From Candidatus Hecatella orcuttiae (GTDB taxonomy: Archaea; Thermoproteota; Bathyarchaeia; Hecatellales; Hecatellaceae): DNA of 64,000 bases. Location: the NCBI GenBank assembly GCA_002011035.2, contig MTLY02000002.1:417130-481129 (forward strand), read 5' to 3'. The position numbers and the translations under genes are program-made. The notes beneath the pieces were generated by a model. The model saw only the letters and a list, made by a program, of their open reading frames with translations. It was not told where the DNA came from and searched no databases. Shown piece by piece: positions 8,293-16,875 of the stretch (positions within the stretch are counted from its first letter, which is position 1; each line of letters starts with the position of its first letter).

Positions 8293-8361
8293 CTGGCTAA
8301 GAAAAAAGCTAAGAAAACCAAGGCTAAAGGCTCCGCTAAATCCAAAGGCAGAAAGTGCTAG
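8293..8361 (+). CDS. 22-aa lysine-rich micropeptide (CTG start)
   Basis: GGGTGA SD at 8281-8286; MAKKKAKKTKAKGSAKSKGRKC; upstream AAAAATCTTTAAG (BRE/TATA-like); T-tract at about 8390-8401. Confidence 0.5.
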   Translation: MAKKKAKKTKAKGSAKSKGRKC

Positions 8362-8424
8362 CCGGACCGCCTTCAACCTCCCTCCCCTATTTTTTTTCTT
8401 TCCCCGTCCACTCGAGGTGAACTC

Positions 8425-8742
8425 ATGGGCTATTCAACTCTGAACGCTGTCAAAGAGCGCTTGGGCATCGACCCAGCGGACACCACCCAGGACACGGTGC
8501 TGACCAACAAGATCGCCGCGGCGGACGCCATCATCGACAACGTCCTCCAAGCCTACACGGACGTACCTCTGGCTTCGCCGCCTCAGCTCATCCAAGACAT
8601 CAGCGCCGACCTAGCCGCAGCGCTCTACCGCGAAGACCGAGGCCCCCCGGAGGCCGGCGGCGCATTCCGCCAGCGGGCTGAGAAGGCTTTGGAAGCCTAC
8701 ATCACCCAAACCTACCGCCAAGTAGGATTCGAAAAAACTTAG
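8425..8742 (+). CDS. Head-tail adaptor/connector (gp6-like)
   Basis: YSTLNAVKERLGI...QDTVL...AADAIIDNVL pattern; GAGGTGA SD; position after MCP. Confidence 0.8.
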   Translation: MGYSTLNAVKERLGIDPADTTQDTVLTNKIAAADAIIDNVLQAYTDVPLASPPQLIQDISADLAAALYREDRGPPEAGGAFRQRAEKALEAYITQTYRQVGFEKT

Positions 8743-8759
8743 ACGGCTGAAGGCTGAAG

Positions 8760-9188
8760 ATGGCCACCGTCAAGGTTGATGCCTCCGCAGCCCGCCGCCT
8801 GCTGGAGGCCTTGAAAGAACACTCCGACAGGGTTCAGGCTGAGTTTCTCCGGCAAGGCGCCCGGCTGACGGTGGAGGAGATGAAGCGGAAGGCTCCCGTG
8901 CGAACAGGCGCCCTGAGGCGGTCGATAGGCGTCAGGGCGGTGGAGGGAGGTAGGGTTGCCGTCAGCCCCGCGGTGCCCTACTGGCACGCGGTGGAACGAG
9001 GAGCCAAGCCGCGGGTAATTCTCCCCAAGCGGGGGAAGGTTCTTGCCTTTGAAGTCGACGGCCGGCCGGTGTTCGCCCGCCGGGCCCGGTGGCCAGGGTT
9101 TCCGGGGCGTTTCTTCGTCAGGGCGACGGAGCAGGCTGTGAGACCCAAGCTCCGGCAGCTGCTACTCCAGTTGATGAAGAAGCGTTGA
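8760..9188 (+). CDS. HK97 gp10-like neck/tail-completion protein
   Basis: APVRTGALRRSI...YWHAVERGA...PG.PGRFFVRA signature. Confidence 0.85.
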   Translation: MATVKVDASAARRLLEALKEHSDRVQAEFLRQGARLTVEEMKRKAPVRTGALRRSIGVRAVEGGRVAVSPAVPYWHAVERGAKPRVILPKRGKVLAFEVDGRPVFARRARWPGFPGRFFVRATEQAVRPKLRQLLLQLMKKR

Positions 9189-9263
9189 CATCTTCCGCAT
9201 GGTCGGATGAAAATTTCCTTTCGAACATACTAAACAGTTCTTTTCCAGTGGACGGGAGACATC

Positions 9264-9684
9264 ATGTACAAGGAGATTGTGCAGAAAATCATCGACCTGC
9301 TGAAGGCGGACGCCGCCCTCTCGGAGCCGGCTAAGGTGAAAAAGTATTACTTCGGCATCCCCCCCGGAGGCGAAGGCCGGCTACCCGTGGGTCAGCGTCC
9401 GCTGGGCGGGGGGTCCCGTCGAAACCGAGACAGCCCGGAAGGAGCGGTACCAGATGGATTTTGAGATCAGGGTGGTGGACCAGTCCTACCGGGAGGACAC
9501 GGCGGAGAAGTCGGTGATGGACCTGGTGGAGGACATCGACCGGGTGCTGGACGCTAACCCCACGCTGGACGGGCTGGTGGACGACTGCCGCATCGTCAAC
9601 ATCGCCTCAGAGACCATGGCCTCAGGCTCCTACGCCCTAGTGGGCGCCCTCATCACCCTCACGGCTAGGAAAACACAGCTCTAA
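9264..9684 (+). pseudogene. Tail terminator-like protein split by a 1-nt frameshift in a C7 run
   Basis: ORFs 9264-9464 and 9454-9684 join into about 139 aa (...YYFGIPP-EAKAGYPWVSVRW...YQMDFEIRVVD...) if one C is removed from 9359-9365. Confidence 0.7.
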
Positions 9685-9703
9685 AAGGAGGTGAAACAGG
9701 CAA

Positions 9704-10630
9704 ATGGCTGAAAGATACATAGTAGTAGGCGAAGAAACCACCTTCGGCTCGCCGGTGACCCCTGACAAGTACATCGACATCCGCCGGGAGGCTGTGGTTT
9801 TCGACGTCGGCGTCATCCCCGTCGAAACCGTGTACAGCCGGGACACCCGCAAATACGTGTTCGGCAAGGCCCTAGCCCGAGGGCCCATCGACTTTGCCGT
9901 GGAGCCGGAGAACGTGGCCCACCTGTTCAAGTGGGCGCTGGGCAGTGTGACTACCAGCGGGGCAGGACCCTACACCCACGACTTCACCCCGGCGGACACC
10001 GTGAAAAGCTTCACCGCCATCATCAACCCGGAGCAGGAGACCTACGGCTTCTTCCGAAAACTCAGCGGCTGCCTGGTGGAGCGGCTGACCCTCGAATCCG
10101 CCCTCGACGTGCTCACCGGCTCCGTGGAAATCGTGGCAGCAAAGGAAGAAAAAGACACAGCCTTCACTCCGTCGGTTTCCCTCTCCCCGCTGGCGCCCTT
10201 CGTCTTCCACGAAGCCACCCTGACACTGGGCGGTGCCGACAAGTCCAGCGTCCTCAAAGCCTTCAGGCTGACGGTAGGCAACAACCTGCCCGTCGACGAC
10301 ATGTACGCCCACGGCGACAAGCATCTACGCCGCATCCTCGTGGGCCGGCGGGAGGTGGAGGTGCAGATGGAGCTGGCCTTCGAGGACTCCGCGGACTACG
10401 ACCGCCTGCTGGCGGGGACGGAGGTGGCGGCTTCCCTCAGCTTCGTCAAGACCGCGGGCAGCGCTGAGCTGCTCATCGACCTCCCCCGCATGGTCTACCA
10501 CAGCGACGTGGCGCCGCACATCGCGGGAAGGGACCCCTTCACCGTCGTGGCCCCCTGCCAAGTGCTCTACGACTCCGCCGCCGGCTATGAGGTGAAGATT
10601 CAGGTCAAAAACAACGTGGCCGGCTACTGA
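9704..10630 (+). CDS. Major tail tube protein
   Basis: VVGEETTFGSPVTP N-terminus, YTHDFTP, SGCLVERLTL, VGRREVEV; strong GGAGGTGA SD; 308 aa. No sheath gene, so a non-contractile tail. Confidence 0.85.
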   Translation: MAERYIVVGEETTFGSPVTPDKYIDIRREAVVFDVGVIPVETVYSRDTRKYVFGKALARGPIDFAVEPENVAHLFKWALGSVTTSGAGPYTHDFTPADTVKSFTAIINPEQETYGFFRKLSGCLVERLTLESALDVLTGSVEIVAAKEEKDTAFTPSVSLSPLAPFVFHEATLTLGGADKSSVLKAFRLTVGNNLPVDDMYAHGDKHLRRILVGRREVEVQMELAFEDSADYDRLLAGTEVAASLSFVKTAGSAELLIDLPRMVYHSDVAPHIAGRDPFTVVAPCQVLYDSAAGYEVKIQVKNNVAGY

Positions 10631-10657
10631 CCGCCAAGAGTTTTCAGGTGAACGGAC

Positions 10658-11252
10658 ATGTCTGCGGAGACGCCTGCAAGAAGGCTCAGTGTGAAGGAAT
10701 GGCGGGAAAGCCTAGTCCGCACGGTGGAGGCGCCCAGCGGGCTGACCTACCAAGTCCGCCTGCTGACCTCGCCCCTCCCCTTCCTGAGGCTTCTCCGAAA
10801 GCACGGCTTAGAAGGCGTGGGGGAAGCTCAGGCGGAAAGCTTGGATGTGGCTGAGAAGTCCGACGCCCTGCTGAGGGACCTCTTCGCCGAATACGTCCTA
10901 AACCCCAAGGTGGCGGAGGGCGGGGGAGCTGAAGGCGAAGAACGCTTGGCTTTCTCGGAGATGCTGGAGGAGGACAAGGCAGTCCTCTTCAACGCCATAG
11001 CCGAGAAGTTCCGTTTTCTTCGCAGCGAAGACAGCCAGCCCCCTCACCCCAGCCCTGCTGGGGGAAGCTCTCCTCCTCCTAGGCGGGCTGCTGGGGGAAG
11101 CCTACCACCGCCTCCCCAGCCGGGTTCTCGCCCTCCCAGCCGAGGAGCTGGCTCTCAACTGGACCTGCCTCCAAGAGGCTAAGAGGGCCTTGGCCCAAGC
11201 CTCCAGCCTCAGCGCTGAGATCCGTCGACGCCGGGGGGAGCTGGGCCTCTAG
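10658..11252 (+). CDS. Tail assembly chaperone pair (gpG/gpGT-like) with candidate +1 frameshift near 11015
   Basis: The 0 frame turns Pro-rich and low-complexity after AEKFRF (stop at 11182). The +1 frame from 11016 is open to 11252 and protein-like (FFAAKTAS...GEAYHRLPSRVLALPAEELALNW...). Confidence 0.65.
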
Positions 11253-11262
11253 CAGGTGGACG

Positions 11263-11508
11263 GTGGAGGATGTGAAGCTTCGAACCGGCTTGGGAGCCGT
11301 CTTATGGGCGGTGGGCGTGGGGCTCATGGCGGAGAAGCTGCTTCGCTACGGGGCTCTCTACACCTATCCTCCCCACCTCTTGGACCACGGCCTCTACGGC
11401 CTCATTTTGGTCGCCTTATCCCTGCTCCTGCTGTCCAAGCAGGAGAAGCCGGTCCGGGGTGGGGCTCTCCGAAGGCCGGAGGACGGAGTAACCGCGGCCG
11501 GAGGCTAG
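11263..11508 (+). CDS. Small two-TM membrane protein (holin-like?)
   Basis: Two hydrophobic helices and a basic C-terminus; AGGTG SD. Confidence 0.5.
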   Translation: MEDVKLRTGLGAVLWAVGVGLMAEKLLRYGALYTYPPHLLDHGLYGLILVALSLLLLSKQEKPVRGGALRRPEDGVTAAGG

Positions 11509-11565
11509 GTTTTCAAGTCTGGAAACCAGATGGCGTAGCTTCCGCACTTCCAGCAGCGGCTGCCG

Positions 11566-11868
11566 GTGACGACGAACAGGCGGCCGCCTTTGATTTCAAC
11601 CTTGGTGTCTCCTGGTATTTCCCTGACCTCCCCGCAGGAGGCGCATTTGACCTTCATGGCCTCCCCTAAAATGATTCGCGAAACTCAGCCCTTTAACTCT
11701 TTCAGCAACCCCGGTCCTTGGGTGGTGAAGACGGCCGCGGAGCAGATAGGTGACATTCTGAAAAACGCCAGGGACCTAGGCTACAGGCTGCTGGTCATCC
11801 AAACCCGCAGCCGGCTGTTCGCTGTCCCCCTCAAATCCATCCGAGAGGTTAGGCTGGTGAAAAAATGA
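11566..11868 (+). CDS. Hypothetical protein
   Basis: ORF coupled to the tape measure gene by an ATGA overlap; start uncertain. Confidence 0.45.
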   Translation: MTTNRRPPLISTLVSPGISLTSPQEAHLTFMASPKMIRETQPFNSFSNPGPWVVKTAAEQIGDILKNARDLGYRLLVIQTRSRLFAVPLKSIREVRLVKK

Positions 11869-13211
11869 GCGCAGAGCAAGCCCGCGTCGCCATCATCCTC
11901 GAAGCCCAGAACAAGGCCAAAGCCGTCCTAGCCGAAGCCCAACGGGACGTGCGCAGCTTCAGCCAGCAGGCACAGGCCTCAGCTCGAGGCGCCGGCCAAG
12001 CAGCCGACCGCATGGGCCAACGCATGGCCGCGGCCGCCCGCACCAGCCAAGTCAGCTTCAGCCAAGTCTCCATGGGCATGACCACGCTGGCCGCCAGCGC
12101 CATGAACCTCTACAACGCCTACGACCGCATCGGCACCGTGCAAGCCCGGGTGGCCGCCCTCCAAGCCAGCTACAAGGCGGCTCAGGACGCTGTGGCCGCC
12201 GCCCAGCTGAGGCTGAACAAGCTGGCTGAGGCGGGAAAAGAAGGCAGCGAGGAATACCGCATCGCCCAGGAGAAACTGGCCACCGCCCAGCAGCGCCTCG
12301 CCGCCTACGAGGTGAACAAAGCCTACATTCAGATGGCCATGTCGGTGCTGCCGGCGGTGATGGGCAGCATGCAGGCGCTGCAGGGCATGAAGGGCATGGG
12401 CGGCCTGGTCTCCGTCGCCCCCAAGGTGGTGGCGGCCATGCACAGCATCCGCACCGCCTCCTACGGAATGCTCGGCCCCTTAGGGCTGCTGATCGCCGCT
12501 GCTGCGACCCTCTACCTGGCGTGGACCCAGAACTGGGGTGGGATCCGCGAAAAGGTCGGCGCGGTGGTGGAGTGGTTCAGCAGCGTCTACACCCACTACA
12601 TTCAGCCGACGTTGGAGGCGATTGTGGGTGGTTTCCAGTGGCTGGCGGACAGGGTGACGTGGCTTTGGGACCGCACCCTCGGCCCCATCGTGGAAGGCGC
12701 CAAGAGGCTCTACGACGCCTTGGTTGGACGGTCCGTCTTCCCTGAGCTCATGCACCGTCTCGAAGCCGTCACCGCCAAGGGGCTGGGGGAAACCGTGGCC
12801 CTCTGGCATTTCGCCTCCCACCGCATCGCCGCCTACACCCAGGCCATCTTGGCCAAGATGACCGTGTCCCAGAAGGCAGCTAGGTTCTTCGCTGAAACCG
12901 CTGTGGCTCCGGCCTTGGCTCGGGGAGGCTTCGCCGGGGTCACATCCCGCGGCCAAATCCTAGCCGCCAGCATCCCTCGGGCTGAGTATCTCCGGGGCTT
13001 GGAGGAAAGCCTCCGCGTCAGCCGGGAGGTCTACGGCTACGGCCCTGAGCATCCTGCGGTGCGGCGCTATGAGGCCGCCATCGCCGAGGTCAGAGGCATC
13101 ACCATCATCATGAACAACCAAATTCAAAGCCCCGCCGACGAGGTCCGCCTTGCCAAGCGGGTGGGCGTGGCGGTGGTGGACGCTGCAACCCTCAGGAAGG
13201 GACCCCTCTAA
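11865..13211 (+). CDS. Tail tape measure protein (short, 448 aa)
   Basis: Ala/Gln-rich coiled coil, AWTQNWGGIREK motif, periodic aromatic residues, LVGRSVFPELM motif; follows the chaperone genes. Confidence 0.85.
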   Translation: MSAEQARVAIILEAQNKAKAVLAEAQRDVRSFSQQAQASARGAGQAADRMGQRMAAAARTSQVSFSQVSMGMTTLAASAMNLYNAYDRIGTVQARVAALQASYKAAQDAVAAAQLRLNKLAEAGKEGSEEYRIAQEKLATAQQRLAAYEVNKAYIQMAMSVLPAVMGSMQALQGMKGMGGLVSVAPKVVAAMHSIRTASYGMLGPLGLLIAAAATLYLAWTQNWGGIREKVGAVVEWFSSVYTHYIQPTLEAIVGGFQWLADRVTWLWDRTLGPIVEGAKRLYDALVGRSVFPELMHRLEAVTAKGLGETVALWHFASHRIAAYTQAILAKMTVSQKAARFFAETAVAPALARGGFAGVTSRGQILAASIPRAEYLRGLEESLRVSREVYGYGPEHPAVRRYEAAIAEVRGITIIMNNQIQSPADEVRLAKRVGVAVVDAATLRKGPL

Positions 13212-15044
13212 ATGGCCCGATTCACCGTCAAGATAGCCGGCGTGGACTACCCGTTCACAGCCCTGACCCTCCGCCAGTCGGTTGACCCCCCTGACGAGTT
13301 CACCGTGGAGCTGCCCAAGGTGGAGGCAGCGCCGGCCTTCGAAGACCCCGTGGACATCTACAGGGACGGGGTGAAAATCTTCAGCGGCCTCCTGGAACGC
13401 CGGCAGGCGGTGTTCGGGGAGGAAGGCGAGAGGCTGGTCCTAGGGTCTAGGGACCTCAGCCAGAAGCTGTTCCGCCACCTCACCGGCGCGCAGACGTGGA
13501 CTGAGACCAAAGTCCGCACCATCCTCCAAGACCTCATCGCCGGCACAGGCCTGACCGAGGGGGCGATCGCCGACCCCTTCCAAGTGTGGCACCGGTGGCT
13601 TCAGACCACGGACGCAGACTTCGGCGGCGACGTCCTGACGGATGTGGAGGTTGCTGGGACGGGGACGGCGGCTAAAGTCGTGCTAACCTACGCGGGTGCA
13701 ACCAAGACAGGAAACATCAAGTCGACGTTGATAGCGCCTGTAAACTGGCAAAGTTGGATTGAATTTAATGCTGCTGTGGATGAAAAAAACCAAACCATCA
13801 CCTTCGACATCTTGGATTCGGCGGACAACACGCTTGTAGGCGGCATCACACCAGCTCAGCTGCCCTACGACCTATCCGCCCTAGCAGAGTCATCCCTAAA
13901 GGTCAGATGCAACCTGACGGCAGCCCCTTGGGTTGATGGAACCGCCCTAGAAAGCAGCACGGGTGTCATTTACGCATCATATCCTCGGCGAGGCCAGAAG
14001 ATTACTGTGCCCAACAAAACCCTCCACACAATAATTTTCGCCATCCACAAGGAAGGCAGCCCCACCGGTACGGCGTATCTGAGGATAAGAAGAACCTCAG
14101 ACGATTCGATTATCTACGAGGAAAGCTTCGACGTTGCCTCTCTTCCTACCGATTCTGGGAATTGGCAGGTTTTCAAACTCACTAATCCTCCTACCGTCAA
14201 CGAAGAAGTTAGAATTATGGTTGAATATTATGGCGGCTCCACTGACAACTGGATCAGGATGAGACGTTACAGAAACTCCTACGGGGAAAACTGGGAAGGC
14301 GTCGAAACAAGCTACGATGGAACAGCCTACACGGACGACAGCACCGCCGACAGCAACATCGTCATCCACGACAAACCCAGCCCCGAACTCCTAGAATGGT
14401 CCGTCACCCACCACAGCGACTACACCGACTTCACCGTGGACTACGAATACCGGTTTGAAGCCGTCAACCGGCTGGCCGCCATGCTGGGAGCCGAATGGTG
14501 GGTGGACTCCGCGGGAGCCCTCCACTTCCAACCCCAAAGGGGCTCCGACCTTTCTGGGACGGTGCGCTACCAAGCGGAGCGGGATGTAACCGTCTCCCGG
14601 GTTACGGAAACCTTCCAGCTGGCCAACCGTATCACCGTCATCGGAGCCGGGGAAGCTGCCAGCCGGGTGGAGGAGACGGAGGAAGACCCGGCTAGCCAGG
14701 CAGCCTATGGGCTGCATGAAGCCGTCTACGTGGACAAGGAAATCGACACCGCGGACGCAGCTAGGACCACGGCTCAGAACCTCCTAGCCAAGTACAAGGA
14801 CCCCGTGGAGAAGATCGTCCTCCAAGTCCTCCCCGTCTACGACTTCCAAGTAGGCGACATCATCACCGTCACCGACCCCCACACCGGGCTGGAGGGCAGC
14901 TACCGGGTGAAGGTCAAGACCATCAGGTTCACAGCCGAAGAAGGGGAGCAGTGGGAGCTGGAGCTGGCCACCCGCCTCACCGACCTCCCCGACGAACTGC
15001 TCAAGACAGGCCAGCTGCAACGCTGGCTCAAGGGGTTAGCCTGA
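13212..15044 (+). CDS. Tail tip/baseplate hub protein with inserted beta-rich domain
   Basis: Hub motifs (VDIYRDGVKIFSG; LAAMLGAEWWVDSAGALHF; NRITVIG; SQAAYGLHE; FQVGDIITV) flank an AT-richer insert at about 13700-14400. Confidence 0.75.
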   Translation: MARFTVKIAGVDYPFTALTLRQSVDPPDEFTVELPKVEAAPAFEDPVDIYRDGVKIFSGLLERRQAVFGEEGERLVLGSRDLSQKLFRHLTGAQTWTETKVRTILQDLIAGTGLTEGAIADPFQVWHRWLQTTDADFGGDVLTDVEVAGTGTAAKVVLTYAGATKTGNIKSTLIAPVNWQSWIEFNAAVDEKNQTITFDILDSADNTLVGGITPAQLPYDLSALAESSLKVRCNLTAAPWVDGTALESSTGVIYASYPRRGQKITVPNKTLHTIIFAIHKEGSPTGTAYLRIRRTSDDSIIYEESFDVASLPTDSGNWQVFKLTNPPTVNEEVRIMVEYYGGSTDNWIRMRRYRNSYGENWEGVETSYDGTAYTDDSTADSNIVIHDKPSPELLEWSVTHHSDYTDFTVDYEYRFEAVNRLAAMLGAEWWVDSAGALHFQPQRGSDLSGTVRYQAERDVTVSRVTETFQLANRITVIGAGEAASRVEETEEDPASQAAYGLHEAVYVDKEIDTADAARTTAQNLLAKYKDPVEKIVLQVLPVYDFQVGDIITVTDPHTGLEGSYRVKVKTIRFTAEEGEQWELELATRLTDLPDELLKTGQLQRWLKGLA

Positions 15045-15045
15045 G

Positions 15046-15261
15046 TTGAAGCTCCGCAATCCCCGCAGCCGCCCCTACCAAGTCACCGTCCGAGGCCGAA
15101 GGTGGGTGATCCCGGCTAAGGCGGTGGTGGAGGTCCCCGACAGGCTGGCGGAGGCCATCCTCGCCACCCGGGCCTCCCGCTTTCTCCAGCAGGAGAACCC
15201 CCCTGTCTCCGACCTCCAAGAGGAGGTAAGGAGGATCAAGGCCTACCTGAGGTTGAGGTAG
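15046..15261 (+). CDS. Hypothetical protein
   Basis: 71-aa ORF filling the gap between the two tail-tip genes. Confidence 0.55.
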   Translation: MKLRNPRSRPYQVTVRGRRWVIPAKAVVEVPDRLAEAILATRASRFLQQENPPVSDLQEEVRRIKAYLRLR

Positions 15262-15262
15262 C

Positions 15263-16717
15263 ATGACGGCTCCCAAGGTCAAAATCGGCATGGACAGCAA
15301 CACCCTCGACCTGCTGGCCGCGGGCAACGTCCACCGCCTAACCCGCCATCCGCTGAAGACCTTCAGCCGCCGGAAGGTGGCCGGAGGCGAAGTGCACCTG
15401 CCCAGCCTAGGCCCCGCTGAAACCCTTCACATCCTCGAAGGCTGGCTGGACGGGTCGGAGGCGCAGGCCAACCTCCAGAAGCTGCTAAACCTCTACCACA
15501 GCCAAGAGCTCACCGCCTTGGAGACGGCGAAATACGAGGCCTTCGGCAAGCTTACGGACTTGGAGATTCCCTACCAAGGCGGAGAGACCGCCGTCCGCTA
15601 CCGCCTCGAACTCACCGAGCTGCCGGCTTGGGGCCGCACAGCGGTCAACCAGGGCACCGACGCCTACTTGGCTGACTTAGACTACGCGGCTCTGCGCAGC
15701 CAGCTGTTCAGCCCCCTCTGGGCCCGGCATGGATGGAGCTGGGACCGCGGCGGGAAGAAGTTCGCCTACGAATTCATCCTCGTCAACGCCCTCGAGGAAA
15801 CCTCACCTGCGGTTCTCTACGACGACGATGAGGCGTTTTGGTCGACGACGGGATGGGGCTCAGGCTCCAGCGCTGCCTCCCTGACCGAGGAGTCAACCGT
15901 TGTGAAGAAGGGAACTTCGTCAGCCAAAGTCTCCCAGACATCCGGCTCCTACGATGTGTTCGGAATCTACCACAGCTGGGCCGCAGGGCAGGACTGGTCT
16001 GGCTACGAGTTCGTCGCCCTCTGGCTTTACGGCTCCAACAGCGGCGGAAAGATGGCCCTAGACATTAGGGCGCCTGATGCCTCCAACAAATACTTCGCTT
16101 ACATCGACGACACTTGGACGGGGTGGAAGCGGCTGGTTTACCCGTTGAGAGCTATGCCGAAAGTCGGGTCGCCGGATTTGACAAACGTCAAAGCCGTCTA
16201 TCTCACCACCGACGAGGGCAACCCATGGGCTCCCTTCTACCTCGACCGCATGGTGCTGGACGTGGGCCAGTGGGTTGCGGTGGAGGTCTTCGTCCCTGAC
16301 ACGCTAAACACGGCCGATATTAATGTGCGCCTGTATTCATGGGATGGGTCCGGCTGGGTCGTCGGCCCCGGGGTGGAAGCCACAGACCTGAGCCCTTGGT
16401 CTGCCGGCGTAGACCTGTACTTCCTCGACGGCACAAAGGCGAGCGAAGCCTACGGAGGCAACTGGTACAACGACCAATTCGCCTACTACTCTCTAGGGGA
16501 GAGAGGCCAAACCCCCGGCAAATGGTCTTCACCGCCGCCAGACATCACCTACTCCCTCAACTACGGCTGCCTGAAACGCCTAGGCTTCGCCGTCAAAATG
16601 CCCCCCAGCACGCTGGCCCGCGACACCAGCGGCAGCCAAGCCGTCAACAAAACCCAGCTCAAGCTGGAAATCACCTACAACTCAGAGCACACCACCTACG
16701 TCGACGGAAGCCTCTAG
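15263..16717 (+). CDS. Distal-tail-like protein with carbohydrate-binding-module-like domain
   Basis: Dit-like N-terminus (LPSLGPAETLHILEG...YRLELTE); DWSGYEFVALWLYG...DDTWTGWKRLVYPL...DLTNVKAV...FYLDRM resembles galactose-binding/CBM11-like folds. Confidence 0.6.
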   Translation: MTAPKVKIGMDSNTLDLLAAGNVHRLTRHPLKTFSRRKVAGGEVHLPSLGPAETLHILEGWLDGSEAQANLQKLLNLYHSQELTALETAKYEAFGKLTDLEIPYQGGETAVRYRLELTELPAWGRTAVNQGTDAYLADLDYAALRSQLFSPLWARHGWSWDRGGKKFAYEFILVNALEETSPAVLYDDDEAFWSTTGWGSGSSAASLTEESTVVKKGTSSAKVSQTSGSYDVFGIYHSWAAGQDWSGYEFVALWLYGSNSGGKMALDIRAPDASNKYFAYIDDTWTGWKRLVYPLRAMPKVGSPDLTNVKAVYLTTDEGNPWAPFYLDRMVLDVGQWVAVEVFVPDTLNTADINVRLYSWDGSGWVVGPGVEATDLSPWSAGVDLYFLDGTKASEAYGGNWYNDQFAYYSLGERGQTPGKWSSPPPDITYSLNYGCLKRLGFAVKMPPSTLARDTSGSQAVNKTQLKLEITYNSEHTTYVDGSL

Positions 16718-16771
16718 CCCCTCCGGGGACAGCGGAAAGGTTAAATTTTCCACCTTTTCACCCTTAAGTTG

Positions 16772-16868
<97 letters not shown>

Positions 16869-16875
16869 CTAACTC

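Larger units (their letters stand above)
1012..16717 (+). mobile_element. Tailed-virus (Caudoviricetes, siphovirus-like) virion morphogenesis cluster: GTA-like element or defective provirus
   Basis: About 24 co-oriented, mostly tightly coupled ORFs in terminase-portal-protease-decoration-MCP-connector-tail order. No integrase, helicase, primase or polymerase recognised between the KaiC-like gene and tRNA-Ala. Confidence 0.9.
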
